This document shows, piece by piece, positions 33,643 to 44,600 of a stretch of DNA of 64,000 nt; the first letter of the stretch is position 1, and each line of letters opens with the position of its first letter. The notes beneath the pieces are model-generated. The model made no database searches. It was not told the DNA's origin and saw only the letters and a program-made list of their open reading frames with translations. The position numbers and the translations under genes were made by a program. The stretch is from Bacillales bacterium UBA6259 (GTDB lineage: Bacteria; Bacillota; Bacilli; Tepidibacillales; Tepidibacillaceae), in NCBI GenBank assembly GCA_002441135.1, contig DJVJ01000047.1, positions 49,078 through 113,077 of the forward strand, written 5' to 3'.

Positions 33643-35454
33643 TTGGCAGAAAAAAAGAATAAAAACTTACCTACAAGAAACGAAATAGATTCACAATTTA
33701 AATGGGATTTAGAGGCAATCTATTCAACAGATGAAAAATGGGAAGAGGATTTTAAAAAAGTAAAAGCGCTAGCAGATCAAATGGCAGGCTTCGAAGGCAA
33801 GTTGCAAGAATCGGCTAACACACTACATGATGCTTTAGAGCTTAACGCAAAATTAAGTGAGCTGATGGGCAAAGTCTTTGTATATGCAAGAATGCGTAAG
33901 GACGAAGACAACGGCAACTCCAAATATCAAGGCTTGGCAGACCGTGCATCTAGCTTAAGTATTCAAGTAGGAAGTGCTACTTCCTTTATCGTTCCTGAGA
34001 TTTTAGCAATCCCTACAGAGACTTTAAATAAGTATATGGCGGACGAAAAGCTTGCTCTTTATCGTCAATATTTAGATGAAATTGTTCGCATGAAGGCACA
34101 TGTTTTAAGTGCTGAATTAGAAAAGCTACTTGCTGAGACTGGAGAAATAGCTCAGGCTTCTGATCATATCTTTGGCATGTTAAATAATGCAGACATTAAG
34201 TTCCCGACGATTAAAGATGAAAATGGTGAAGAGGTAGAATTAACAAAGGGTCGCTATATTCAGTTTATGGAAAGCAGCAATCGTAGGGTAAGAGAAGAAG
34301 CATTTACTGCAATGTATGAAACCTATAGCAGCTTAAAAAATACGTTTGCAGCAACTTTAAATGCTGATGTAAAAAAGAATATCTTCTATGCAAAGGTTAG
34401 AAAATATAATTCTGCGATAGAAGCATCGTTATATGATGATAATGTATCTGTTGATGTTTACAATAAACTAATTGAGACAGTACATAACAATTTAGATTTA
34501 ATGCATCGATATGTGAGCTTGCGCAAGAAAATGCTTGGTGTAGATGAGCTTCATATGTATGATTTATATACTCCGATTGTAAAGGACATTCATATTCATA
34601 TCCCTTATGAAGAGGCACAGGAAACAGTAGTGAAAGGGTTAAATCCATTAGGAGAGACCTATTTAACCGATTTAAAAAAGGGATTTGAACAGCGTTGGAT
34701 AGATGTATACGAGAATAAAGGTAAAACCAGTGGTGCTTATTCATGGGGTTCCTATGGTACTCATCCATACATTTTGTTGAACTATCAAAAAAATGTTAAT
34801 GATATGTTTACCTTGGCTCACGAATTAGGTCATTCCATGCATTCCTTCTATTCTCAGCAGAATCAGCCTTATATCTACTCACATTATAAAATCTTTGTTG
34901 CAGAAGTGGCATCCACTTTAAATGAAGCATTGTTAATGCATTATATTTTAAAGAATACCGATGATAAGAAGGAAAAGATGTACTATCTAAATCATTACTT
35001 AGAGCAGTTTAGAGGAACAATTTATCGTCAAACGATGTTTGCTGAATTTGAGAAGATGATTCATGATAAAGCAGAGCAGGGTGAACCATTAACACCAGAG
35101 CTGCTAAATTCTATGTATCATGAGCTGAATGTGAAATATTATGGACCGGAAATGGTTGTTGACGAACTGATTGATTATGAGTGGTCAAGAATCCCTCATT
35201 TCTACATGAATTTTTATGTTTACAAATATGCAACAGGCTTCTCGGCAGCTATTAGCTTATCAAAACAGATTCTTGAGGAAGGTCAGCCAGCAATTGATCG
35301 TTATTTAACCTTCCTAAAGTCTGGAGGATCAGATTATCCAATCGAGTTATTGAAAAAAGCGGGAGTAGATATGAATACCCCTGAACCAGTACAACAAGCA
35401 TTAGAGGTATTTGGGGATATACTAAATCAAATGGAAGAATTATTAGCGGAATAA
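33643..35454 (+). CDS. pepF: Oligoendopeptidase F (M3B family)
   Basis: 603 aa. Zinc motif HELGHSMH. N-terminus LPTRNEIDSQFKWDLEAIY is typical of PepF. TTG start after AAGGAGG. Confidence 0.9.
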   Translation: MAEKKNKNLPTRNEIDSQFKWDLEAIYSTDEKWEEDFKKVKALADQMAGFEGKLQESANTLHDALELNAKLSELMGKVFVYARMRKDEDNGNSKYQGLADRASSLSIQVGSATSFIVPEILAIPTETLNKYMADEKLALYRQYLDEIVRMKAHVLSAELEKLLAETGEIAQASDHIFGMLNNADIKFPTIKDENGEEVELTKGRYIQFMESSNRRVREEAFTAMYETYSSLKNTFAATLNADVKKNIFYAKVRKYNSAIEASLYDDNVSVDVYNKLIETVHNNLDLMHRYVSLRKKMLGVDELHMYDLYTPIVKDIHIHIPYEEAQETVVKGLNPLGETYLTDLKKGFEQRWIDVYENKGKTSGAYSWGSYGTHPYILLNYQKNVNDMFTLAHELGHSMHSFYSQQNQPYIYSHYKIFVAEVASTLNEALLMHYILKNTDDKKEKMYYLNHYLEQFRGTIYRQTMFAEFEKMIHDKAEQGEPLTPELLNSMYHELNVKYYGPEMVVDELIDYEWSRIPHFYMNFYVYKYATGFSAAISLSKQILEEGQPAIDRYLTFLKSGGSDYPIELLKKAGVDMNTPEPVQQALEVFGDILNQMEELLAE

Positions 35455-35558
35455 ATTCTTAAACGATAATTAAGCGAAAAAATAGGTAGATAAAAAATAA
35501 AATAGGAACGTTGTTTGTGTGGCAGACTAACCCTATATAACTTAGGAGGTGAGTCAAT

Positions 35559-35726
35559 ATGGCAGACCGTGGTACTAGTAATGCACCGAAGACAAGAAAT
35601 CCTGAAAGACCGCATAGTCATCCAGCTCGTCTTGATCAATATGGGGAGGCCATGCATCAAGAATTTGCAAAAGATTTTGGCGTAGTTTCAAATAAGGAAG
35701 CGAAAAATCAACTGAAGAAGAAATAA
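35559..35726 (+). CDS. Small hydrophilic protein (55 aa, not in ORF track), possibly a minor spore protein
   Basis: AGGAGGTGA RBS 6 nt upstream of the ATG. Translation is MADRGTSNAPKTRNPERPHSHPARLDQYGEAMHQEFAKDFGVVSNKEAKNQLKKK. A hairpin terminator follows. Confidence 0.55.
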   Translation: MADRGTSNAPKTRNPERPHSHPARLDQYGEAMHQEFAKDFGVVSNKEAKNQLKKK

Positions 35727-35754
35727 ATAACATACTAATGTAGCCAAAATAAAA

Positions 35755-35782
35755 ACAGCACGAGTTTAAATCGTGCTGTTTT
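35755..35782. terminator. Bidirectional hairpin between the small ORF and the convergent SLH gene
   Basis: ACAGCACGA-GTTTAAA-TCGTGCTGT with an A-run upstream and a T-run downstream. Confidence 0.75.
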
Positions 35783-35801
35783 CCCATTTTCTAATTTTCT
35801 T

Positions 35802-37559
35802 TTACTTAACAAAAAAGTTAACTACAACTTTCTTGGAAGTCATATAGTTTTTAATATCGTTAATATAATCCGTTAATTTTTCATCATTCTCATCAAATGT
35901 TGTGGTTTGATCCTTAATTTGGATAACACCTAACACATCTTCTGCTATTCCATTATTTAGTGTACTAATAACATTTGCTTGATAATCAAAAGCAGAATCA
36001 ATTAATTGGATTTCTTCTTTTTGTGCAGTGAACTCATAGTTGAAGACAAAGTTTGTTTTAACCACATCAAACTGTACTGGATTTAATGCACTGCTTTTTG
36101 AGAGAACCATTTTCCCTAATGTACTATGATTAAATTCAACTTTATATGAAGCTTGATTTTGAAGCGCATATGCTGTCATAATCTTATTTAAATCAAAGGA
36201 AGTAGTTAAATTACCTAGTGTAACTAAATTTTTGATACGAGTTAATGCTGCATCTCCGGTATAGGTAACTGTTCCTTCTTGTACTTGGGCTAATTGAATT
36301 TCACCATAACTATTTACCGCGTATTTAGCAACTAAACCAGTTTTAATTAACGTAAAGGATTGAATGTCTTGTAATCCATATTGATCAACTGGAACTATCT
36401 CTGAGGTTACATGAAGTTTGTAAATCTGATTTTCTGCATTGACTCTAAACAATACTTTATCTGAAACTTCAATGTCTTCTAAGGAAATCAGCGTATTTAA
36501 AGATCCTTTTGTAATTAATGCATTATTGGTAACGGTATAGGTATTATAAGTAAAGGTGTTATTTGTAACCATGCGAATACGGATTTGTCTAGTTGCTGGA
36601 TCAACAAATCGTACATCACCTTGTAGTTCTTCTATCTGTTCTGATGCCAAAACAGTGATGATGGTTACTTCTTTATCCTGATTTAATACTAGCTCAAGTT
36701 TATCGTTTAATTGGATATCCTCTAAATCGATGCTCACTTTGCTACCACTAGTTAGTACTTTATATACCTTAACTTCATCAGAAAGTTCATATGAAATAGT
36801 AGGAGATGTAGTTGAAGTGGTATTTAATGGCTTAACAAAAATGACTTCATCATTGATACCAACAAAGGTAGCCGAGATAATTTTAGAAGTTACAGGGTTT
36901 TGGTTTTGATGAAGCAAACGGTGCATAAATACAGCCATTTCTGCTCTTGTCACTGGTTTATTTGGCTGGAAGGTATTGTTTTTAAATCCAGCAACAAGTC
37001 CTTTGGATACAGATAGTTTGATATTAAGTATATCTTCCTTAGTTAAGTTTTGTAGATCTGTAAAAGGAATAGAGAGATTATTGTACAATGTATTTTGTTC
37101 ATTTAATGCATTTGCAATCATACTTACGACTTCAAGACGTGTTGCTCCTTTTTCTGGTTGGAAATTACCGGACGATGGTTGAATGATGTTATGGTTTAAT
37201 GCGACTTGGATCGATGCTTGTGCCCAGAGCGGAATTCGATTACTATCGTGATATGGTAAATTAATTTTTAATGTTTCTAGGCTTTCTTTGTTTAAATAAC
37301 CCATTGCTTTTACTACGAATGCCACTGCCTCAACTCGAGTTACTGGCTTGTTTGGTTGGAATGTACCGTCCTCAAAGCCTGCAACAAGACCTAAAGAAGA
37401 TAATGTTTCAATCGATTCTGATGCCCAATGATTCGTAGTATCCTTAAAGAAAATCGAACGTTTATCCTTATCATTTTTAGCGAAAGATAAGGATGAAAAG
37501 CTAAAGATGAGTGTCAATGCTAGGAAGACTGTAAACGTTTTTCGTAGAAAATTAATCAC
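35802..37559 (-). CDS. S-layer-homology (SLH) domain cell-surface protein, C-terminal part of unknown function
   Basis: Signal peptide, then three SLH repeats (FKDTTNHWASESIETLSSLGLVAGFEDGTFQPNKPVTRVEAVAFV; ... GFKNNTFQPNKPVTRAEMAVF). GTG start after AAGGAGG. Confidence 0.8.
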   Translation of the reverse strand: MINFLRKTFTVFLALTLIFSFSSLSFAKNDKDKRSIFFKDTTNHWASESIETLSSLGLVAGFEDGTFQPNKPVTRVEAVAFVVKAMGYLNKESLETLKINLPYHDSNRIPLWAQASIQVALNHNIIQPSSGNFQPEKGATRLEVVSMIANALNEQNTLYNNLSIPFTDLQNLTKEDILNIKLSVSKGLVAGFKNNTFQPNKPVTRAEMAVFMHRLLHQNQNPVTSKIISATFVGINDEVIFVKPLNTTSTTSPTISYELSDEVKVYKVLTSGSKVSIDLEDIQLNDKLELVLNQDKEVTIITVLASEQIEELQGDVRFVDPATRQIRIRMVTNNTFTYNTYTVTNNALITKGSLNTLISLEDIEVSDKVLFRVNAENQIYKLHVTSEIVPVDQYGLQDIQSFTLIKTGLVAKYAVNSYGEIQLAQVQEGTVTYTGDAALTRIKNLVTLGNLTTSFDLNKIMTAYALQNQASYKVEFNHSTLGKMVLSKSSALNPVQFDVVKTNFVFNYEFTAQKEEIQLIDSAFDYQANVISTLNNGIAEDVLGVIQIKDQTTTFDENDEKLTDYINDIKNYMTSKKVVVNFFVK

Positions 37560-37733
37560 GTTAATTATTCCTCCTTAATAAGTTTTAAATTTTTTTGGAT
37601 AATCCTTCCCTTTCTTCTCGTTATATCCTATTATAAAATTTGGATTATCTATGGAAGGTTCCTCTAATATTTTTCGTGGTTAATTTTTCCTTTATGTCGG
37701 TGTTAAATAAAAAAAGTTTAAATTAGGAGGATA

Positions 37734-39089
37734 ATGATGAATCAGCCAATACAATTTGATTACAAAAACGCGTTAGGCTTTATAGGAGAGCATGAATTAC
37801 TCCAAATGGAAGAAATGGTGAAAATAAGCCATCAGCAGCTTCATCAAAAAACAGGAGCAGGGAATGATTATTTAGGTTGGGTTGATTTGCCAGTTCAATA
37901 TGACAAAGAAGAATTTAAACAAATTCAATTAGCCGCAAAACAAATTCAGGAGCAATCTGAGGTATTCATTGTAATTGGAATTGGTGGGTCCTATCTTGGT
38001 GCTAGAGCAGCACTTGAAATGTTAAACCATTCTTTTTATAATCAGCTGCCAAAGAGCAAAAGAAAATATCCAGAAATCTATTTTGTTGGCCATCAAATTA
38101 GCTCTACATACATAAAACACCTGCTTGAATTAATTGAGGGAAAAGATATTTCTGTCAATGTTATCTCCAAATCAGGAACAACAACAGAACCAGCGATTGC
38201 TTTTAGAATCTTTAAAGAGTATTTGGAAAATAAATATGGTAAAGAAGAAAGTAAAAAGAGAATTTATGCTACAACAGATGCAAGTAAAGGAGCATTAAAA
38301 AAGCTCGCTGATGAAGAGGGATATCAAACCTTTGTAATTCCTGATGATGTTGGCGGAAGATATTCCGTTTTAACTGCTGTTGGTTTGTTGCCGATTGCTG
38401 TTAGTGGTGTGGAAATTGAGCAAATCATGGCTGGTGCAAAAGCAGCATATGACAAATATAATAACGAGGATCTAAAGTTCAATGAAGCTTATCAGTATGC
38501 TGCTGTAAGAAATGCGCTTTATCGTAAAGGGAAAGATACGGAGATTCTTGTAAATTATGAACCAGCACTTCATTATTTCGCAGAATGGTGGAAGCAGCTA
38601 TTTGGCGAAAGTGAAGGAAAGGATCATAAGGGGATTTTTCCTGCTGCTGTTGACTTTACTACAGATCTTCATTCAATGGGACAATACATTCAAGAAGGAA
38701 AGCGCAAATTAATGGAGACTGTATTATTGGTCGAAAATTCAAAAGAAGAAATCTTGATTAAGGAAACAACTGATAACTTAGATGGCCTTAATTATTTATC
38801 AGGTAAGTCAATGGACTTTGTAAATAAGAAAGCATTTGAGGGAACATTACTCGCACATACAGATGGAGGAGTGCCTAATCTTGTAATCAAGCTAGACCAA
38901 TTAAATGCATTTACCTTTGGTTATCTTGTATATTTCTTTGAAAAAGCCTGTGGTATTAGTGGCTATTTATTAGGGGTAAATCCTTTTGATCAGCCGGGTG
39001 TTGAAGCTTATAAGAAAAATATGTTTGCTTTATTAGGAAAGCCAGGATTTGAAGAGGAAAAAGCAAAGTTAGAGGCAAGATTGAAATAG
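37734..39089 (+). CDS. pgi: Glucose-6-phosphate isomerase
   Basis: 451 aa, Firmicute-type Pgi. Motifs [42 protein letters not shown]. Confidence 0.95.
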   Translation: MMNQPIQFDYKNALGFIGEHELLQMEEMVKISHQQLHQKTGAGNDYLGWVDLPVQYDKEEFKQIQLAAKQIQEQSEVFIVIGIGGSYLGARAALEMLNHSFYNQLPKSKRKYPEIYFVGHQISSTYIKHLLELIEGKDISVNVISKSGTTTEPAIAFRIFKEYLENKYGKEESKKRIYATTDASKGALKKLADEEGYQTFVIPDDVGGRYSVLTAVGLLPIAVSGVEIEQIMAGAKAAYDKYNNEDLKFNEAYQYAAVRNALYRKGKDTEILVNYEPALHYFAEWWKQLFGESEGKDHKGIFPAAVDFTTDLHSMGQYIQEGKRKLMETVLLVENSKEEILIKETTDNLDGLNYLSGKSMDFVNKKAFEGTLLAHTDGGVPNLVIKLDQLNAFTFGYLVYFFEKACGISGYLLGVNPFDQPGVEAYKKNMFALLGKPGFEEEKAKLEARLK

Positions 39090-39345
39090 TGTAAGGAAAG
39101 CCAATAAGCCAAGGGAATCAAAACCTCCCTCTGGCTTTTTTTATCGATAAGAAAGTATAACTTTCATATCGAAATAAGAGCAGCTAACCTTTTGCCTACG
39201 CCTAAAAAGACTTGGCAAAAGCCAAGCTTTTTTATTTTTTCAAAGTGCGTTTTCCATATTTTAAAGGTTGATATAGTGAAAACGTTTTCGGTATAGTTGG
39301 TAGTGGATAAATAAATAAAAAATTAAATGTGGAGGGAGTAACATA

Positions 39346-41394
39346 ATGCAAAAGTCTTACTTAAGGATATTTTTATCCCTTGTTTTAATTTTCTCATTAA
39401 TTCTACCAATGCAAATGGTAAGTGCTCAAGGAAATGACCATTGGGCAAAAGATAGTGCTATTGAGTTATTTAAAAGAGGAATTATCGATATTCCAATTCC
39501 AAGTAACTATTTTAACGAAGAAGTAACTCGTGCAGAGTTTATTGAAACCTTTGTTAAGGCACAAAATCTATATCTTCCAAAAGTTAAAGAGACGAAATTC
39601 GAGGATGTAGACCAAGACTTAGCGCCATATGTACAAGCTGCATTAAATAACTATGTGACAAATGGCGTTTCTGAAACAAAATTTGGTTCCAATCAAATAC
39701 TTACAAGAGAAGAAGCAATTACCTTATTAATTAGAGGTCTTCATGTTCCTTCCGATTCCAATTATAGTAAATTTGTTCAATATACAGATAATGCACAGGT
39801 AAGTAGCTGGGCAAAAGCAAGTGTAAGTAAAGCGTTAGACTTAGAGCTTGTTCAAGGGACAAGTACAACGACGATTACTCCCAAAAAAGCGTTAACTCGC
39901 GGTGAAATTATCGCTTTAATTCACAACTACCTAAATAAAAAAGAGAATTTCCCAATTAAAAAAATCGACATTTTTGCTACAAATGATTTTCATGGTGCCT
40001 TAGAAGGTGGCTATGAAGCAGGTGCAGCAAAACTAGCAGCTATTTATAACGAATTCAAAAAAGAAAATCCAGAAGGTTCTATTTTATTGGATGCAGGAGA
40101 TGCGTACCAAGGTACACCACTTTCTAATGTTTTCTTTGGAGAACCAGTAGTTGAGGTTTACAATAAAATGGGTTACAATGCGATGACTGTTGGTAACCAT
40201 GAATTTGATTGGGGTATTGAAAGTGTATTAGAATCCATGGAAACTGCAAACTATCCATTAGTTGCTGCCAATATCTATGATAAAGAGACTAATCAGCCTG
40301 TTGATTGGGCAGAACCATATACCATTGTTGAGAAAAATGGATTGAAAATTGGGGTAATTGGTTTAGCTACTCCACAAACCTTAGAAGCTGCTAAGCTGGA
40401 ATTTATTGAGAACTATGATTTTAAAGATCCAATTGAAATTGCAAATCAATTAGTACCTGAAGTAAAAGAAGCTGGAGCAGACTTAGTTCTTCTATTAACG
40501 CATATTCCGGGATCTATGGAAAATGGAGAAATTAAAGGGGAGCTTGCTGATTTAGCAAATGGTGTAACGGATGTAGATGGAATCATTGGTGGACACAGCC
40601 ATAAGGATGTTTTTGGCTTTGTAAATAATATTCCTGTAGTTGAAGCGAATAAAAATGGTAGAATGTTAAGCCATATTACTATCTTCTATAACGAAAAAAC
40701 TGGTGAAGTAGTAGAAAACTATTCAAAGCTGATTGACGTCCGTAAATCGACTCTAGATGTAGAACCTGACCAAGAAGTACAAGAGATTGTTGATCGTTAC
40801 AATGAAGATGTGAAACCAATATTTGATGAAGTAGTCGGAACAACTACTGTTGATTTAAAGCCAGACTATAACAATGAATCCAATATTGGTAACTGGATGA
40901 GTGATGTTATTAGAGAAAAAGCAGGAACACAAATTGCATTCCAAAATGCTGGCGGTATTAGAGCAGAATTACCAGCAGGTGATATTACTGTAGGAGATAT
41001 CTTTACCATTATGCCTTTTGATAACACCATTGTTACTGCAGAGATGACTGGAGAGCAGCTAAAAGCTGTTCTTGAGCAAAGTGTTACATTATACAAGGGC
41101 ATGATGCAGACATCTGGTCTAGTAGTAAAATACGATTCTACAAAGCCTGAGTACCAGCGTGTTGTAGAAATTAAGCTAGCAGATGGTACTTTAGTAGAAA
41201 TGGATCAGAAGTATACTGTTGCAACCAATGATTTCTTATCTGGTGGCCAAGACGGATTTAAGACATTAGGTGAAGTAGAATGGACAGATACCTTTGATTT
41301 AATCCGTGATGCATTGATTGACAATGTAGTAGACCTTGAAGAAATTGCACCAAAAGTAGAAAATAGAATGATTGATGTAAGTACAGTTAAGTAA
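39346..41394 (+). CDS. SLH-anchored 5'-nucleotidase / metallophosphoesterase (UshA-like)
   Basis: Signal peptide, three SLH repeats, then TNDFHG, DAGDAYQGT, GNHEFD and GGHSH metallophosphatase motifs, and a 5'-nucleotidase C-terminal domain (TNDFLSGGQDGF). Confidence 0.85.
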   Translation: MQKSYLRIFLSLVLIFSLILPMQMVSAQGNDHWAKDSAIELFKRGIIDIPIPSNYFNEEVTRAEFIETFVKAQNLYLPKVKETKFEDVDQDLAPYVQAALNNYVTNGVSETKFGSNQILTREEAITLLIRGLHVPSDSNYSKFVQYTDNAQVSSWAKASVSKALDLELVQGTSTTTITPKKALTRGEIIALIHNYLNKKENFPIKKIDIFATNDFHGALEGGYEAGAAKLAAIYNEFKKENPEGSILLDAGDAYQGTPLSNVFFGEPVVEVYNKMGYNAMTVGNHEFDWGIESVLESMETANYPLVAANIYDKETNQPVDWAEPYTIVEKNGLKIGVIGLATPQTLEAAKLEFIENYDFKDPIEIANQLVPEVKEAGADLVLLLTHIPGSMENGEIKGELADLANGVTDVDGIIGGHSHKDVFGFVNNIPVVEANKNGRMLSHITIFYNEKTGEVVENYSKLIDVRKSTLDVEPDQEVQEIVDRYNEDVKPIFDEVVGTTTVDLKPDYNNESNIGNWMSDVIREKAGTQIAFQNAGGIRAELPAGDITVGDIFTIMPFDNTIVTAEMTGEQLKAVLEQSVTLYKGMMQTSGLVVKYDSTKPEYQRVVEIKLADGTLVEMDQKYTVATNDFLSGGQDGFKTLGEVEWTDTFDLIRDALIDNVVDLEEIAPKVENRMIDVSTVK

Positions 41395-41440
41395 CGAGCT
41401 GAAAGCTGCTTGAAGCAGCGTAATAATAGAACAATAAAAA

Positions 41441-41483
41441 AGGCGTGAATGATTGACACAAACAATCATTTACGCCTTTTTTT
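41441..41483 (+). terminator. Intrinsic terminator after the first nucleotidase gene
   Basis: 15-bp stem AGGCGTGAATGATTG / CAATCATTTACGCCT (one mismatch) followed by T7. Confidence 0.8.
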
Positions 41484-41662
41484 CATTTAGTTAAATCTAA
41501 TATATCTCTATATTTTTCCTTGTTTATTATCACAAAAGTACAAATAATTAAAAATTTCTATTGGAAAATTGCTATTATTTGTATAAAATTTACTATGGAT
41601 GGAAATATAAGTGATTTCATTATTGTGCATTCTATCCAAAAACTAAAAGAGGAGAGGAATCG

Positions 41663-44600
41663 ATGATTAGAAATTTAAGAGGAATCAGTCTTTTATTAAC
41701 CATTTCCCTAATTCTTTCACTATTTGTTCCTTATGGTGCAGTTAGTGCTGAAGAAGGAACGACAAAAACGATTACTATCTTAGGAACAAGCGATATCCAC
41801 AGCTACATATATCCATGGGATTATAAGTTAGCTACTGGAGATGATGATGCTGGCTTAGCTAAACTTTATTCTGTTGTTAAAGAAGTAAGAGCAGAGAATC
41901 CAAATACATTATTAGTAGATAATGGAGATACCATTCAAGGTACCGAGTTATCCGATGTGTATAAAAAAGATGATACAGTGACACACCCAATGATGGCTGT
42001 AATGAATTATATGGGTTATGATGCTTGGACTTTAGGAAACCACGAGTTCAATTATGGTTTAGAGGTTCTTAACCGTCTTATAAAGGATGCAGAGTTCCCT
42101 GTTTTAGGAGCCAACATCTATAACGCAGATGGTACTAATTTTGTTAAACCATATATTGTTAAAGAGGTTGATGGAGTAAAAATTGGTATATTAGGTATGG
42201 TTAGCCCTAATATTCAACGCTGGGATAAAGACAATGTAGTAGGAATGGAATTTAATAGTTTAATAACTGAAGGTAAAAAGTGGGTTAAGGTATTAAAAGA
42301 AGAGGAAAAAGTAGATTTGGTATTTGCTTCAATCCATGCAGGACTTGAAGGAGAATATTGGACAGATGGTGGAGATTCTATTAAAGCAGTTGCGGAACAG
42401 GTTGATGGCATTGATGCCATTTTAGCTGGGCATGCTCACTCCGATATTGAAGGGGAATTAATCAATGGAGTATTAATTGCAGAGCCAAAGGCATATGGTA
42501 ATAGAATCGCTAAATTTGATTTTACTTTTGAAATGGAAGATGGAAAATTAGTTTTAGCAGATAAAAAGGTTGAAAATATTAATACAAAGAGTTATGATGC
42601 TTCTTCAGAAGTTTTAGAATTAGCAAAAAGCTATCATGAAAAGACGTTAGAGTATGTAAACACGCCAATTGGAGAAGCAACTGCTGATTTCGTACCAGCA
42701 GGGCAAGTTCCTGGTATTCCAGTAGCACAAATTCAAGATACTGCATTAGTAGATTTAATAAACGAAGTTCAATTAGAAACTACAGGTGCAGACGTTTCAT
42801 TAGCAGCATTATTTATTTCTGAATCCAACCTTAAAAAGGGTCCTCTTACTATCAAGGATGCCGCTTATATTTATAAGTATGACAATACCTTATTTATGAC
42901 AAAGGTATCTGGTAAAGAGCTTAAGGGGCTAATGGAGTGGTCAGCAAGCTATTTTAATACGTTTAAGCCTGGTGATGTGACTATTAGCTTTAACGAAAAA
43001 ATCAGAGGCTACAACTATGACATGTTTGCTGGTGTAAATTATGAGATTGATATTACAGAAGAACCAGGCAACCGCATTAAAAACCTGACATTTAAAGGGC
43101 AGCCTGTAACTGATGACATGGAGTTAACCTTAGCTCTAAATAACTACCGTTATAATGGAATGAGCAGTGAAGGTTTAATTACCGGAGAAAAATTATTTGA
43201 TTCCTATGAAAAATATGGTGATCAGGGTCAAATTCGCAATTTAATTGCTAAGTACATTAAAGAAAAAGGAACCATTTCTCCAGAAGTAGATAACAACTGG
43301 AAAATTGTTGGTGCTAATTTAGAGCACTGGGCGAAAGAAGATGCGTATACATTATTAGAAAAGGAAATTATTGATATTCCTGTTTCTGAAGATGGTAGAA
43401 CACCAAACGTAAAAGCTATAAATTTAGATGAAAAAGTAACTCGTGGTGAATTTATTACTGCATTAGTTAAGGCAATGGGATTAGAGGTTGCAGAGGTAAA
43501 AGAAACCAAATTTAACGATGTATCTGAAAAATTAGCACCATTTGTTCAAGCGGGATTAGATGCTAAAATCACAAGTGGAATCTCTGAAAATCAGTTTGGT
43601 ACAGACAAAGTAATTACTAGAGAAGAAGCAGTTACATTACTTTTAAGAGCATTAAATCTTCCTTTTGATCAGGATTTAGGAGAGTATGCTGAATTTACTG
43701 ATCGTGATAAAGTAAGCACATGGGCTAAAAACAGCTTGGCAAAAGCACTTCAAATCGAACTACTTAAAGGAACCTCTAACACAACATTAACTCCTAAAAT
43801 GGAGCTAACTAGAGGCCAATTAGTATCCTTTATTAACCGAATTCTAGCTTTCAAAGGATTAAAGCAAATCGATATTTATGCGACAAATGACTTCCATGGC
43901 AATTTAGAAGCAGGTTACGAGGGTGGAATTGCGAAATTAGCTGCTGTATTTAATTATTATAAACAACAAAATCCAGAAGGAACTATTCTTCTAGATGCAG
44001 GGGATCGTTATCAAGGAACACCATTATCCAATCTATTCTTTGGTGAGCCAGTAGCAGAAGCATTTGAAAAGATCGGTTATGATGCTGTTACAGTAGGAAA
44101 CCATGAATTTGATTGGGGAATTGAACAATTATTAAATACGAGAAAAGAAGCAAATGTTACATTCCCATTATTAGCAGCAAATATTTATGATAAAGCTACA
44201 AATAAGCCAGTTACATGGGCAGACCCATATACTATTATTGAGCTAGATGGAGTTAAAGTAGGTATTATTGGTCTTGCAACTCCAGAAACTTTAGAATCAG
44301 TTAAATTAGATTATATTAAGGATTATGATGTTAAGGATCCGATAGAGGTGGCGAATCTTCTAGTTCCTGAAGTGAAAAAGGCAGGAGCAGATGTGGTTGT
44401 ATTGTTAACTCACGAGCCAGGATATGTAAAAGATGGTCAAATAACAGGTGCCTTAGCTGATTTAGCAAATGAAGTGGAAGGTATTGCTGGAATTATTGGT
44501 GGACATAGTCATAAAAATGCTTATGGATATGTAAATGGAATTCCTGTAGCAGAAGCCTATTACAATGGTAGAATGTTAAGCCATATTACATTATTCTATA

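Noticed and set aside
39151-39178. Imperfect palindrome CGATAAGAAAGT-ATA-ACTTTCATATCG between two terminator-like hairpins downstream of pgi.
   Set aside because: Two mismatches in AT-rich arms, and no adjacent promoter or regulated gene could be assigned. It may be chance.
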